Shown here piece after piece: positions 8,696-19,299 of a DNA stretch of 64,000 bases (position 1 is the stretch's first letter; the number at the start of each line of letters is the position of its first letter). Under the pieces are notes generated by a model. The model saw nothing but the letters and a program-made list of their open reading frames with translations. It was not told the origin of the DNA and did no database searches. Made by a program: the position numbers and the translations under genes. Origin of the DNA: a virus (Duplodnaviria; Caudoviricetes); IMG/VR virus record IMGVR_UViG_3300013426_000022, positions 51,084 to 115,083 of that record; one strand, given 5' to 3'.

Positions 8696-9297
8696 TTAGA
8701 TTTTTTATTAGTTTTAGCCCAATCTGAAAATTCACCTTCAGAATAAGTTTCTTTTTCTTTAGGTTCTTCTTCTACTATGATTTTTCCAATATCATTACCA
8801 AACATATCTTCTGATAGCCAAGCATCATCTGTTTTTTCAGTTGATAATACTTCAGCATTAGAAACATCTTTTGCAATACCTTTTGCTATTTTATCATCTA
8901 TGACTTCATTTTCTTCCTTTTCTTTTTTTTTTTATAATTATCCTTATTATTTAATAACTCTATAAAAGAGAAATTACAATCAGGATCATCGTCACATAGA
9001 GAAAATAGACACGTCTTCACTATCATTAGAATCATGTTTAGTATATTTTTTGTCAAATAAGTCTTCTTCTAATTCGTCAGGAATATATTCTTGATCAACC
9101 ACAATTTGATCATCTAAATCGTCTTCTTCTTCATAATAATCATCATCAACTACTACTATTTCGTCATCATCATAATCATCATCATAATCATAATCGTCAT
9201 CAATTACAACGATGTCTTCATCATCATAATCAAACTTTCCATTATTAATATCACGTTTTAAAATATTCATTAAATCCTCGATATAATTTTTACTCAT
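8696..9297 (-). pseudogene. Acidic low-complexity protein, apparently frameshifted (near 8995 and at the A11 run near 8923-8933)
   Basis: After the 101-aa ORF, acidic coding-like sequence continues in other frames (LCDDDPDCNF...; EKEENEVIDDK...WAKTNKKI*) up to a terminator, with no new RBS. Confidence 0.5.
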
Positions 9298-9308
9298 AGT
9301 TTTACCTC

Positions 9309-9635
9309 CTATAAATCATTATCTTTTCTATTGAATGTAGGAATAAATCCACACCATTCTTCAAATGATGGGAAATCATAATGATAACCATCGCCTGATA
9401 AGAATATTTCATATTCTTTTTCTGCTATTTCTCTTATTTCTTTGAAAGTCTTATTTTCAAATTCTGAAGGATATGAATATGGCAATTGTTCTAACCAGTA
9501 TTCTTTTTCTAAATTATCGCTTATGATCATGTCTTTATTTTTTAAATTTTTAGCATAGTTTTTATCCACATACTCTTTTATTGATTTTAGTTTATCCGCC
9601 TCATTTGATCGAATTATTAAAATTTTTTTATCCAT
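9309..9635 (-). CDS. Hypothetical protein
   Basis: 108-aa ORF with AGGAGG RBS. Confidence 0.65.
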   Translation of the reverse strand: MDKKILIIRSNEADKLKSIKEYVDKNYAKNLKNKDMIISDNLEKEYWLEQLPYSYPSEFENKTFKEIREIAEKEYEIFLSGDGYHYDFPSFEEWCGFIPTFNRKDNDL

Positions 9636-9669
9636 ATTTATTTTACCTCCTATAATATTATTAAAGATA

Positions 9670-9867
9670 TTAGTCCTCTAAATAATCGACTAGTTTTATT
9701 ATTACAGTTAAAATTCCTATAACTATTAAATATAAAGCTAACATAATTTTTAAGAAATCTACTGGATCTGTTCCTAACAACCATCCTGCTATTAAAGAAC
9801 ATATTATTATTTTTATAATAATAAGAAACCAATCTTTTATTTGTTTTTTTATATTTTTCATATACAC
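9670..9867 (-). CDS. Small two-TM membrane protein
   Basis: Two hydrophobic segments; GGAGG RBS; tandem early promoters at 9900-9947. Confidence 0.65.
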   Translation of the reverse strand: MYMKNIKKQIKDWFLIIIKIIICSLIAGWLLGTDPVDFLKIMLALYLIVIGILTVIIKLVDYLED

Positions 9868-9899
9868 AATACCTCCAATATCTTTATTCTTTCAAAGGT

Positions 9900-9947
9900 A
9901 TAATATATAATTGAAAAATATATGTTTTACATCATAATATATAATTG
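9900..9947 (-). promoter_or_regulatory. Tandem early promoters (CAATTATATATTAT)
   Basis: Identical 14-mer at 9900-9913, 9934-9947, 60223-60236 (-) and 17132-17145 (+); resembles the phiKZ early TATATTAC motif. Confidence 0.7.
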
Positions 9948-9981
9948 TTAAATAATATATAAAAAATAAAAGGAAACAGAA

Positions 9982-10071
9982 TTATCTGTTTCCTTTTTTA
10001 TAATTTCCGTTTCGTATATCTTTAGTTCTTTTACATATTTCAACTATTAAATCTTTTATATGTTTTTTCAT
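9982..10071 (-). CDS. 29-aa basic peptide
   Basis: MKKHIKDLIVEICKRTKDIRNGNYKKGNR with a strong AGGAGG RBS. Confidence 0.4.
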   Translation of the reverse strand: MKKHIKDLIVEICKRTKDIRNGNYKKGNR

Positions 10072-10118
10072 TAGATAAATCCTCCTTAGATTTACCCAAT
10101 CTCCCTCCCCTTTTTTAT

Positions 10119-12058
10119 TTAAAAACTTATTATATTTGAATAATGTGTAGTAGTTGAATTTGTTTTTATTGTATGAATTCCTAATGATTCTAGAACAGTG
10201 TTCATTTTACTTGTATTTGCATTTACTATACTATCATAATCTATATATGGTTTACACCATTCAGGTATACTGTGTATTTTTTTAGGTAATGCTAATACCA
10301 TTAATGCTTTCTTTCTAACAGCTTCAATTCTACTTTCAAATATTTTTTCTTTTATATTTTTATATTCAACTGGATATTTATCCTTCATATCTTCTATAGT
10401 TTCTAATGATGGTATATTCAATAATACTATATCTATTTGGTCAGGAAATTCTATAGTTTGGTCTGGATAAATAACATTCCATGCATATGCTCCCCTAAAT
10501 GATTGTTCTTGGAACGGTTCTTTATATGCTCCTTCTTGTTTAACCTTCATCGGACTTAAGAAAGTTTTCTCTCCTTTTGCTAATGATTCTTTGACTTTAT
10601 TTGCTAAATCATCAACACCGTTTATTATATTTTTAATAACAATATCATCTTCTTCTTTTTCGAGTATTTCTTTTGCTATTAAATTAGTTATAAATTCTCT
10701 AGTAAAATCATTACATGTTGATTTAAGATGATCAACACCTTTATTATCTATTCATATACATGACCTTCCCTTAATAATATTTTACTCATATAACGTTTTT
10801 TAGTTTCAAATAACAACATTTTAAAAAATAAGAATTCGTTTTTCATATTTAGAAAATGTCTATATTCTGGTAATATACCAGAATTATCAGCAAATTTCAT
10901 TAAATGTGAAGTAATTAATTTAGTTGCAACAAAACATATTGTATTTATAAAAATATAAACTAGATTCTTACTTCCTTTATTTAATATTTCTTTATCATCT
11001 TTAACAATTTCATTTAACATAAAATCTACCCAAGGACTCAATGTTAACATATTTGAATCCGTATCTATAGTACATACTGTATCTCTTGGGTCACAATTTA
11101 ATCTACCTATTCTATTAAAAGCAAAATAATTGTACACAACAAAATTATTCAAATAATCCCAAAAGTTTTCTAAATCTTTGTGTATATTATCTGGTATATC
11201 ATTTGGGTCTAAAAAATCATTTGTTTTACTAGTTAAATCAAATAACATTTTTCTTATTATAGGTAATTTACAAAATTCATATAAATTATTTTTATAATAA
11301 AGTTTATTCAATTCACTTTGAGATAACCCTTCTAATATATGCATGATAGGATATTCATAATTTTGTCTAAAATATATAAATTTTTTTCTTAATCTATAAA
11401 ATACATCTTCTATTGATTTATTATCTAAAAATGAATCATCTATTGTATATTTTTCATTTAATATATTATTAACATACACTGCAAAGTCATCATAATCTAT
11501 AAATTTAACATTATCAGAAAAGAAATTCTCAAAAGTACACATAGCTGTCGATATTAATGATTGACCAGTTGCAGTCGTAGAAACGGCACAATATAAATTA
11601 TAGAAAAATGTTATAGGAGAACCTGCTCCACCATAATCTGAATTCATCGCACGTTTTTTTGTATTTTGACCTATATCTTTTATTTTATATTCATATGAAT
11701 TTGGATTCAATGAATTTCTTTCATTTTTTAAATTATTTCTTTGTTCTTTTAATCCTATCAACATATGTATTGTAGGATTATATTCTTGATTTTGATTTTT
11801 GAATATTGTTCCATTTCCTGCTATTATAAAATTATTATCTTTAATCCATTGCATTAAAGATAATGCATCTACACGTTTAGTTTTTCTTAAATAATTATTA
11901 TCTAATGTTGCTATTGGAACTTTTATATTATCTTGTAATATTTTTACAAGATAATCTTTTATTTGTTTATCAGTTAAAGTTGGATATGTTAATTTTACTG
12001 TTTGAGCCATTTGTCTAATCCAATCTTCAATAAAATAATTATTCATATCTATTTCCAT
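10119..12058 (-). CDS. Split family-B DNA polymerase, C-terminal subunit; frameshift near 10749
   Basis: KKRAMNSDYG (motif B), TIDTDS (motif C) and KKRY; after HVYE* another frame reads IDNKGVDHLKSTC...EKTFLSP and runs into the 10119-10550 ORF. Confidence 0.85.
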
Positions 12059-12124
12059 ACAATCACCTCTTATTTTTTTGTAATATGATTTATAAAAAAA
12101 TATAACCCAGTGATTTTCACTGGG

Positions 12125-13114
12125 TTATATAAGTTTTCCTTCAGAACCAACATCTTGTTTTGTATAAAAACAAGGAATTGAATGATAAGTTCTTTCTTTT
12201 ATTTGATCTACAGTAAAATTAAAATGATCTATAACTACAACATCATCAAATATAATATCAGGTAGTTCGTCTTTTTCTAAACCAAAAGTATTCAATATCG
12301 TACAATAATCTCCTAATGTTTTTTGTATTTCATCAGCTATTTCTGAAGAATCAGTTAAAAATATAACTGCATTGCTACTATTAAGTCTATCAATATCCTT
12401 CCAGTTACTATATATATTTAAAATTAAATTTTTTTTATTATTTGAATATCTTATTATATCAGGATATTTATCATCTTTTAAAATATTTATAACATCTCCA
12501 TATTCTAATTCTTCAATATATTCTGTTTTTATTAGATTGAATTGTATAATATATTTACCTTTATTATAACTATCAGTGATATACATATCATCTTTCTTAA
12601 TTTTACATATTGCTGTTATTAAAAATCTTGTATATTGTCTAAATTGTAATCTTCCTGATAATTCAAAATATTCAGAAGATTTTACATGTTGCACATATAA
12701 TTTATCACTAAATCTATTTATTCCTATTATTTTATAAGTCATAGATACTATTTCATCTATTAATTGTATTGCGTTTTGTATTATATTATTTTGGTTTTCA
12801 TTTGAATTTAAAATATCATATAATCTTTTTATACATATGTCTTTATCCACATAATTCGCTATATAGCATTCAGTTAATATTAAACTCATACATTTTTGAT
12901 TTACAGCTGCTTGAATATTAAAACCATCATATAAATAATCTTTACATAATATATCTGAATACACTATACTAGAATCAACCATATCTTTTAGATTTTCCTT
13001 TGTAACTTCAATATCATTATCACTAAGCCAATCCAATATGTCTTTACTGTAATTAACTATCACTTTTTTACAATCTTCTATATTTATATTCATATTTATC
13101 ATTTTATATTTCAC
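12125..13114 (-). CDS. Hypothetical protein
   Basis: 329-aa ORF followed by a terminator hairpin. Confidence 0.65.
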   Translation of the reverse strand: MKYKMINMNINIEDCKKVIVNYSKDILDWLSDNDIEVTKENLKDMVDSSIVYSDILCKDYLYDGFNIQAAVNQKCMSLILTECYIANYVDKDICIKRLYDILNSNENQNNIIQNAIQLIDEIVSMTYKIIGINRFSDKLYVQHVKSSEYFELSGRLQFRQYTRFLITAICKIKKDDMYITDSYNKGKYIIQFNLIKTEYIEELEYGDVINILKDDKYPDIIRYSNNKKNLILNIYSNWKDIDRLNSSNAVIFLTDSSEIADEIQKTLGDYCTILNTFGLEKDELPDIIFDDVVVIDHFNFTVDQIKERTYHSIPCFYTKQDVGSEGKLI

Positions 13115-13331
13115 TCCTATCTATTATTTCATTTACATCAGAAATTATATAACCATTCTCATATAAATATTTATATTTAGGATCATTTAACATCATTTCT
13201 TCCATTTTTTTAAAAGCATCTTCTTCATTACATGCTTCTATTTCTATTTCTTCTTTACCGTCTATATAAGCATTATAATCATAATGAATTAGTATTACAT
13301 TATATTCACTCATAATATTAATCCTCCTCAT
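13104..13331 (-). CDS. Small hypothetical protein (IEAxxEEDA motif)
   Basis: ORF in operon; probable start MSEYNV. Confidence 0.6.
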   Translation of the reverse strand: MRRINIMSEYNVILIHYDYNAYIDGKEEIEIEACNEEDAFKKMEEMMLNDPKYKYLYENGYIISDVNEIIDRSEI

Positions 13332-13626
13332 AAATTTCAGAAAGTAACATCATATCCATTTCTTCTATGGATTCTTTTATATGATATATTCCATTTTCAT
13401 ATATTGTTACTTTTTCAAGCAACGCTTGATTTGTATTTTCTAATTCATCGTTTTTGTCTAACATTGAACAATATTTTCTATATAATATTCCATATTTATT
13501 TTTAAGCTCTTCTAATTCCTTATTTTTATCATCAATTATTTTATCTAATACTTTTATTCCAGTTTCTAATTCTTCTTTTTGAGCCATAAATTGTTGTATT
13601 ATTAAATTTGAAACAGTTCCACTCAT
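13318..13626 (-). CDS. Coiled-coil protein
   Basis: Heptad pattern; AGGAGG RBS; late promoter at 13651-13662. Confidence 0.65.
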   Translation of the reverse strand: MSGTVSNLIIQQFMAQKEELETGIKVLDKIIDDKNKELEELKNKYGILYRKYCSMLDKNDELENTNQALLEKVTIYENGIYHIKESIEEMDMMLLSEIYEED

Positions 13627-13720
13627 ATTTTTTACCTCCTATATTTTAATTACTTTTTTGTTAATTTCGAAATAAAAAAATATCTATAAGGAAAATCCTT
13701 ATAGATATTTATAAATCGTA

Positions 13721-14155
13721 TTAGTCATCTATTCTAGGAACATAGTCTTCTAATGCAACATCTAACATACATTCCTTTAACATTGTTTCTGAAACAATAA
13801 ATTCTTCATTTTGTTCTTCTTCAACTAAAGCAACATAAGACATAAATAAAGCACATAATACTTGACTCATATATTTGTCAAAATATAACGTTCCGTTTTT
13901 TATTTCACCCTTTATTTTTTTTGGTTCAGTATAATAATGTCCAATCAAATAATCTGCTAATATATCAGCTACACTATAAATATAATGCTTTCTCAGTCTA
14001 TATTTCACTTCTTCTTTTGTTATTAATCCTTGATTTACCAAAAATTCAATAAAACTATCACATACACATTTGTTACTATTTGGTATAAATTCCTTAACAC
14101 AGTCTGTAAATGAATACAGTTCTTTATCATTTATTATTTTTTTACTCATAAACAT
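13721..14155 (-). CDS. Hypothetical protein
   Basis: AGGAGG RBS; promoter at 14279-14290. Confidence 0.65.
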   Translation of the reverse strand: MFMSKKIINDKELYSFTDCVKEFIPNSNKCVCDSFIEFLVNQGLITKEEVKYRLRKHYIYSVADILADYLIGHYYTEPKKIKGEIKNGTLYFDKYMSQVLCALFMSYVALVEEEQNEEFIVSETMLKECMLDVALEDYVPRIDD

Positions 14156-14338
14156 ATCCTCCTTTATTAATATATGTGAAAATATAACCAGAATACATTT
14201 ATTTATATTCTGGTTATATTATAACAAGAGAAAAAAATATAATATTACAGGGTGATTAAAAAGCAAAATATACTTCTTTACTTAATTGTTTATAAAAAAA
14301 TAAATGGTATAGAATTCTATACCATTTATTTATAATTA

Positions 14339-15637
14339 TTATTCAAAAATACTATTCAAATGATTTAATAATTCATCATCTGATTTATCAGTATCATTAG
14401 CTAATTCTACTGTATTTGTATCTATTAAATTATCCATTTCTTTAATTGTTAGATTGTATAGTTGATTATAAGTTTTAGCTTTTTCTAATATTCCTGTATC
14501 TGCTAATATCCCCACAATCGTTCTCTGTAAATTTTCCTTATTTATTGATTTGTTGAAATCTTTATCGTATTTTTTCTTAACATCATTTACCAATCTGTTC
14601 ATCTTTTCTTGTTCTATTGGAAGATATACATACTCTTCATTGTCTATTTTTTCAGTTTTATAATTAGGTTTACCATCACCATTATCTTTAACTGTTTCTT
14701 TTACTCCTTTCTTTTCACCCTTATCAACAACGTTTTCTTGTTTATCTTCTTCTTTTACTTTGTTGTCAACTTTTTGTTTGTTATCTTTTATTATTTCTTT
14801 ATTTTCTTCTACAATATCTTTTGTTTTAGCTTCTGCTTTATATTTGTTTCTATATATTTCCACTAAAGATTTATTTTTAAATGCATCTTTTAACATTTGT
14901 ATTTCTCTTTCTTTATCAGAACATTCAATGTCTTTAGTTAAATCTTCTATAGCTTTATTTATTATTTCTTCATCTGATAAATCATTTACTAATTCTTCAT
15001 TATTCTTTTTAGCTTCTGATTTAGTTTTATTAGCTTTAGCTTGAGATTTTAATTTTTCAACATTCTTTTTAGCTTCTGTTTTTATTTTGTCAAATTCTTT
15101 TTTAGTTTCTTCTTCGATATCTTTAGTATTTTTCTTTAATGCTTCATTTATTATTTTTGTAGCATCATATTCAGAAACTTCAGGTATAACTTTTGCTTCA
15201 TCTGAATATTCGACAAAACCATTTTTCATTTTAGCTTTATTATCTAAAACTGTTTTAGTTTCTAGTTTAACTTCTTTTTCTGGTTCAATTTCTTCGACTT
15301 TAACATCAATTGCTTTTGTTTTATCTATTGATTCATCTTTAATATCGACTGTTTCAACTTCAACTTCTTTTTCTTCTGTTGTTTTTATTTTGTCTGTAAA
15401 TAAAGATTGAATATCATTTAACATATCTAATGTTGTATCTAAAGAATTATTGTCTATAGTATCAATAGTTTTATCATCAATATCAACTACTTCTTTTATA
15501 GCATTATCACTATATCCACAATCTTCTAGAACTCTATATCTGTTTTGATTTGATTTAATAACAACTGCCTCGTCATAAGGTTTTCTAGTAGTATTGTTGT
15601 AAACTCTTAAATTTCTTTTAACTTTTCTTAATAACAT
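14339..15637 (-). CDS. Lys/Glu-rich low-complexity early protein
   Basis: 432 aa, highly charged; follows promoter cassette copy 2; own terminator. Confidence 0.7.
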   Translation of the reverse strand: MLLRKVKRNLRVYNNTTRKPYDEAVVIKSNQNRYRVLEDCGYSDNAIKEVVDIDDKTIDTIDNNSLDTTLDMLNDIQSLFTDKIKTTEEKEVEVETVDIKDESIDKTKAIDVKVEEIEPEKEVKLETKTVLDNKAKMKNGFVEYSDEAKVIPEVSEYDATKIINEALKKNTKDIEEETKKEFDKIKTEAKKNVEKLKSQAKANKTKSEAKKNNEELVNDLSDEEIINKAIEDLTKDIECSDKEREIQMLKDAFKNKSLVEIYRNKYKAEAKTKDIVEENKEIIKDNKQKVDNKVKEEDKQENVVDKGEKKGVKETVKDNGDGKPNYKTEKIDNEEYVYLPIEQEKMNRLVNDVKKKYDKDFNKSINKENLQRTIVGILADTGILEKAKTYNQLYNLTIKEMDNLIDTNTVELANDTDKSDDELLNHLNSIFE

Positions 15638-15670
15638 AATATTACCTCCACGTAATTAAATATTTTTTAT

Positions 15671-15740
15671 TAAATAAATCATAAACCATTTTATAACTTA
15701 TTCACAGATATAATATAGTTATGAAATTCCACGAATTACA
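15671..15740 (-). promoter_or_regulatory. Repeated early-promoter plus 5' hairpin cassette, copy 2
   Basis: Matches 3895-3964; TATATTAT at 15710-15717. Confidence 0.75.
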
Positions 15741-15773
15741 TGGGAACATAGAAAAAAGAGATAAGGAATATCC

Positions 15774-16037
15774 TTATCTCTCATTTTCAGACCAATCTTC
15801 ATCAGGATCATATCCATGATTTCTTTCCCATTCTTCATGTTTTAATCTAGCATTTCTAACAGCAGGATTTCCGTTATTCATTGTACAACTAGCACCTTCC
15901 GTTACAAAAAAATAAGATAACCCATACTTCTTACCTAATTTCTGAACATCTTTACAAAATGCTGTAGCTTTTATTTTATCATCAGCATCTTTAATAATAC
16001 TTTCTAGTATCTCTGATATAGAATCATTATTTATCAT
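15774..16037 (-). CDS. Hypothetical protein
   Basis: 87 aa, AGGAG RBS. Confidence 0.65.
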   Translation of the reverse strand: MINNDSISEILESIIKDADDKIKATAFCKDVQKLGKKYGLSYFFVTEGASCTMNNGNPAVRNARLKHEEWERNHGYDPDEDWSENER

Positions 16038-16050
16038 ACCAAAACTCCTT

Positions 16051-16251
16051 TCATTTAATTGTTATTTTTATAAGTATATTATTCCTAAGATGTATTATAT
16101 AACTACCATTATCGTTATCATGTGTATAATATTTTACTATTTTATTATGTTGTAAATCATTAAATTCTTGTTTGGAGAGTAAATTATTATTAAAATTCAA
16201 TATATGAATTAATTCCTGTAATGATATATTTGAAAAGTTCATATAAATCAC
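16051..16251 (-). CDS. Small hypothetical protein
   Basis: AGGAGGTG RBS. Confidence 0.5.
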   Translation of the reverse strand: MIYMNFSNISLQELIHILNFNNNLLSKQEFNDLQHNKIVKYYTHDNDNGSYIIHLRNNILIKITIK

Positions 16252-16342
16252 CTCCTTATTATTATATTGTGTAAATAATATTGAAAGCTAATAAACAAGT
16301 TAATAAGATAATAAAAATTATAAAGAAAGGATTTGATAACAT

Positions 16343-16795
16343 ATGTTATTTGATAAAAACGGAGAAATAGTAGATAACTTTGAAAATGAGAATGAAGTTA
16401 CATCAATGATTATAGAAGCAGCTATAATGGATACATTTTCTAATGAAGAATTAGAGGATATAATGGAAAATAATATGTATGATTTAGATAAAGCATGCAA
16501 CGAAGGTATTCTTTGTGAAAGAACAATAGTTCGTTTAGATAAACATGCTAAAAAATCTAAAGCAGAAAAAATGGCTGAATTCCAATTAGCTAAAGAAAAA
16601 AATGATAGAGATTTCAAAAAATTAATGACTATTTGGAAATTAGAAAGATTCTTAGAAGAAAAAATTCATAAAAGATATGGAGCTCAAGCTAAAACATTAG
16701 CAAAACAAAAAATGAAAGCAGCTAAAAATACTAAATCTAAAGTTGTTGGTAAAGCTACAAATAAAGCACATAATCTTTTAAGTAGAAAAAAATAA
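16343..16795 (+). CDS. Probable internal head protein (acidic N-terminal propeptide, basic C-terminus)
   Basis: Late promoter at 16294-16305; acidic N-half with IIEA/LCE sites, Lys-rich C-half. Confidence 0.55.
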   Translation: MLFDKNGEIVDNFENENEVTSMIIEAAIMDTFSNEELEDIMENNMYDLDKACNEGILCERTIVRLDKHAKKSKAEKMAEFQLAKEKNDRDFKKLMTIWKLERFLEEKIHKRYGAQAKTLAKQKMKAAKNTKSKVVGKATNKAHNLLSRKK

Positions 16796-16797
16796 TA

Positions 16798-16837
16798 AAA
16801 TAAGAAGATATGGTAAATTTACCATATCTTCTTATTT
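16798..16837. terminator. Intrinsic terminator
   Basis: Perfect 20-bp inverted repeat. Confidence 0.8.
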
Positions 16838-16989
16838 AAAATATATATGCAAAGGAGAAGAGAGTATGAATTTATCTCTCTTATTATATTGTTGTATAAA
16901 TTATTTTTTATACATTTTTCTCTTATTGATATGTATTGAGTAAAATTAAAAAATAATTCATAAAATTTAATACATACAAACAACTCCGT

Positions 16990-17115
16990 AAGGAGAAGGA
17001 GCAAGATATAATAAAGGACGGAATTTAAAATGGAGTCCGAACAAGGAGTTGTTAAATATAAATTAAAGTATGGAAAGGAAGATATGTTCATTAGCATTAT
17101 AGCTAATGAACTTTG
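16990..17115 (+). ncRNA. Candidate CsrB/RsmZ-like sRNA with eight ANGGA motifs
   Basis: AACAA-CTCCG-TA promoter at 16979-16990; eight ANGGA within 16990-17079; 10-bp terminal hairpin 17086-17111 followed by TTT. Confidence 0.5.
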
Positions 17116-17131
17116 TAAAACCCAAATTAAT

Positions 17132-17145
17132 CAATTATATATTAT
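17132..17145 (+). promoter_or_regulatory. Early promoter of the RNAP subunit gene
   Basis: CAATTATATATTAT, identical to the other early copies. Confidence 0.7.
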
Positions 17146-17206
17146 ATAATAGAATATAAATCATTATATAACAATAAAATATATATTTAAAGGAGGTAAA
17201 TATTAT

Positions 17207-19246
17207 ATGAAACAAGATTTTACTTTTGATCTCAATGAATATCTACAAAAAGAAAATGAACTCTATGATTATTTAGAAGAACGTTATGGAGGAGATAAAA
17301 TATTTGATTTAAATTCAATAATACCTGATAGAGAATTATTTAAATCAATATATGATGATATTTATTATATATTAGAGGAAGGATTTGAAATTGAGAGAAT
17401 AAGAAAATTCCCTGTTAAAGTATTCTTTAACAAAAAAGAGGGAATGATAGAAATGGAATTAAGACACTTATTAACTAATATGATTTTTCTAAATGCTTTT
17501 GTTGAATTAGGAGTGGATATAGAACTAAGTATAAAACATTTAATTGATGCTAGAAAAATAAATAATAAACTTATAAAAAAATATATAGATGATAATATAA
17601 TAATACCATATATAGATGAATTTACAAAGACAGAAGAAGATTTTATAAAACTAAATGAAGTAATTCATAATATAATTTATAGATTAAACAGAATACCTAA
17701 AGATTTTAATGTTTTAATAGGTTCAACAATAAGTTTAGAAGATTCATTTATTAAATTAGCAAATGAAAATGAAAGATTTAATGAAATTATACACACTAAA
17801 ATACCTGATGACATGCAACCAAAAGAAGTAGAAAATTATTTAGATAATTTAATGCATGAAGAAGTTGAAATAATGAAAAATAATGAAAATTGTTTACAAG
17901 ATGTTGTAGAATCTGGAACAGGTATTAAAATAGAACAATTGAGAGAATGTTCTATATCGGGAGGATTAAAATCAGACTTATTAGGTAATACAATACCATT
18001 ACCTATAAATTCTAATTTTATAGTTGGAGGATTAAATAATATTAGAGATTATTATTTAGATGCTCAAGCAGCAAGAAAACCTCTTATTGCTAATAAAGAA
18101 AAAATGGGTGATAGTGGTCATATGTCATTATTATTAAAACTATCTTCAGCAGGTATTTATATAAATAATGAACATGATTGTCATACTCATCATACGGTTA
18201 GATTATATATAGAAAATGAAAAATTCTTAAGAAAAGTTTCAGGAAGATATTATAGACTTGAAGGACAACGAAATTTTAAGATATTGAAATCGACTGATAC
18301 ACATTTAATAGGAAGACATATTTTATTAAGAGATCCTACTAAATGTGCTAGTGAATATGGAGTATGTCATACTTGTTATGGAAGTATGAGTAAAGTAAAT
18401 AAATTTATGGATGTTGGATTATTAGGTTCAACATTAATAACGAGACCATTAGGTCAAAATATATTATCTACTAAACATTTGAATAAAACTGTTTCACAAT
18501 TAATAACATTTAACGCATCATTTGATAAATTCTTTAAATTAGACGCAAATCAAATTAGATTACCACATGATACCGAAACTGAAACTGAATTACAATATTA
18601 TATGTTACAATTAGATAATTTAATATTATTGGATGAATTAGCAGATAATGAAAGATTCAATAAATTTATACAATATATCAAAATAGTAGATATACGAACA
18701 GGTCAATTATATGAAATCGTTGAAGATGATGGGAAAGAATTATTTATTCATCCAGATTTTGATGATTTCTTAAATGAATATAATATGAGCGAAGAAGGAA
18801 GTTATGTGATACCATTAGAAGATTTAACAGATATGTATTTATTCAGTATAAATATCCAAAATAATGAAATGACAAAACCATTGAAAGATACAGACAATTT
18901 ATTAAAAGGTAGTTATTTTGGAACACATTTAATTACTATTGAACAGATGGAACAAAAATTTATTGAATTAATGATAGAATCAGATATACAAATAAATTCT
19001 ATTCATGCAGCAATAATGTTAAGAAATTTAGTTAGAGAAAAAGATAACTTCTTGAAACGTCCTGATTTTAGAAAGATCTTTGTGGATTATGTTGTATTAG
19101 GATATTCAGCAGCATTAGAAAATAATCCAGCTATAACTACTAGTTTAGCTTATGATTATTTAAAGAAACAATTGGGATCTTATACGACATTTATTAAAAA
19201 CGATAGAGGACCATTAGACTTATTATTCAAGAAGACTTTATCATAA
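17207..19246 (+). CDS. Multisubunit RNA polymerase beta'-like C-terminal subunit (probably non-virion RNAP)
   Basis: Bridge-helix-like YYLDAQAARKPL...DSGH, zinc site C...GVCHTCYG, trigger-loop-like PLGQNILSTKH; early promoter; next to an SF2 helicase as in phiKZ-like phages. Confidence 0.85.
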   Translation: MKQDFTFDLNEYLQKENELYDYLEERYGGDKIFDLNSIIPDRELFKSIYDDIYYILEEGFEIERIRKFPVKVFFNKKEGMIEMELRHLLTNMIFLNAFVELGVDIELSIKHLIDARKINNKLIKKYIDDNIIIPYIDEFTKTEEDFIKLNEVIHNIIYRLNRIPKDFNVLIGSTISLEDSFIKLANENERFNEIIHTKIPDDMQPKEVENYLDNLMHEEVEIMKNNENCLQDVVESGTGIKIEQLRECSISGGLKSDLLGNTIPLPINSNFIVGGLNNIRDYYLDAQAARKPLIANKEKMGDSGHMSLLLKLSSAGIYINNEHDCHTHHTVRLYIENEKFLRKVSGRYYRLEGQRNFKILKSTDTHLIGRHILLRDPTKCASEYGVCHTCYGSMSKVNKFMDVGLLGSTLITRPLGQNILSTKHLNKTVSQLITFNASFDKFFKLDANQIRLPHDTETETELQYYMLQLDNLILLDELADNERFNKFIQYIKIVDIRTGQLYEIVEDDGKELFIHPDFDDFLNEYNMSEEGSYVIPLEDLTDMYLFSINIQNNEMTKPLKDTDNLLKGSYFGTHLITIEQMEQKFIELMIESDIQINSIHAAIMLRNLVREKDNFLKRPDFRKIFVDYVVLGYSAALENNPAITTSLAYDYLKKQLGSYTTFIKNDRGPLDLLFKKTLS

Positions 19247-19247
19247 A

Positions 19248-19286
19248 AAAATAAAGAGATAACCAGTTTGGTTATCTCTTTATTTT
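19248..19286. terminator. Bidirectional terminator between convergent genes
   Basis: 18-bp inverted repeat. Confidence 0.8.
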
Positions 19287-19299
19287 ATTTTTTTATTTA

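Noticed and set aside
9140-9230. (TCA/TAA)n microsatellite-like tract
   Set aside because: It encodes an Asp/Tyr-rich low-complexity protein segment.
10551-10760. Intron or intein in the DNA polymerase gene
   Set aside because: The gap between the two ORFs is itself polymerase-coding (KGVDHLKS) in the downstream frame, so no sequence is inserted.
16981-17002. SRP RNA-like motif (CTCC-GTAA-GGAG-AAGGAGC)
   Set aside because: It lacks the CAGG/AGCAG internal loop and the long flanking helix of SRP domain IV.
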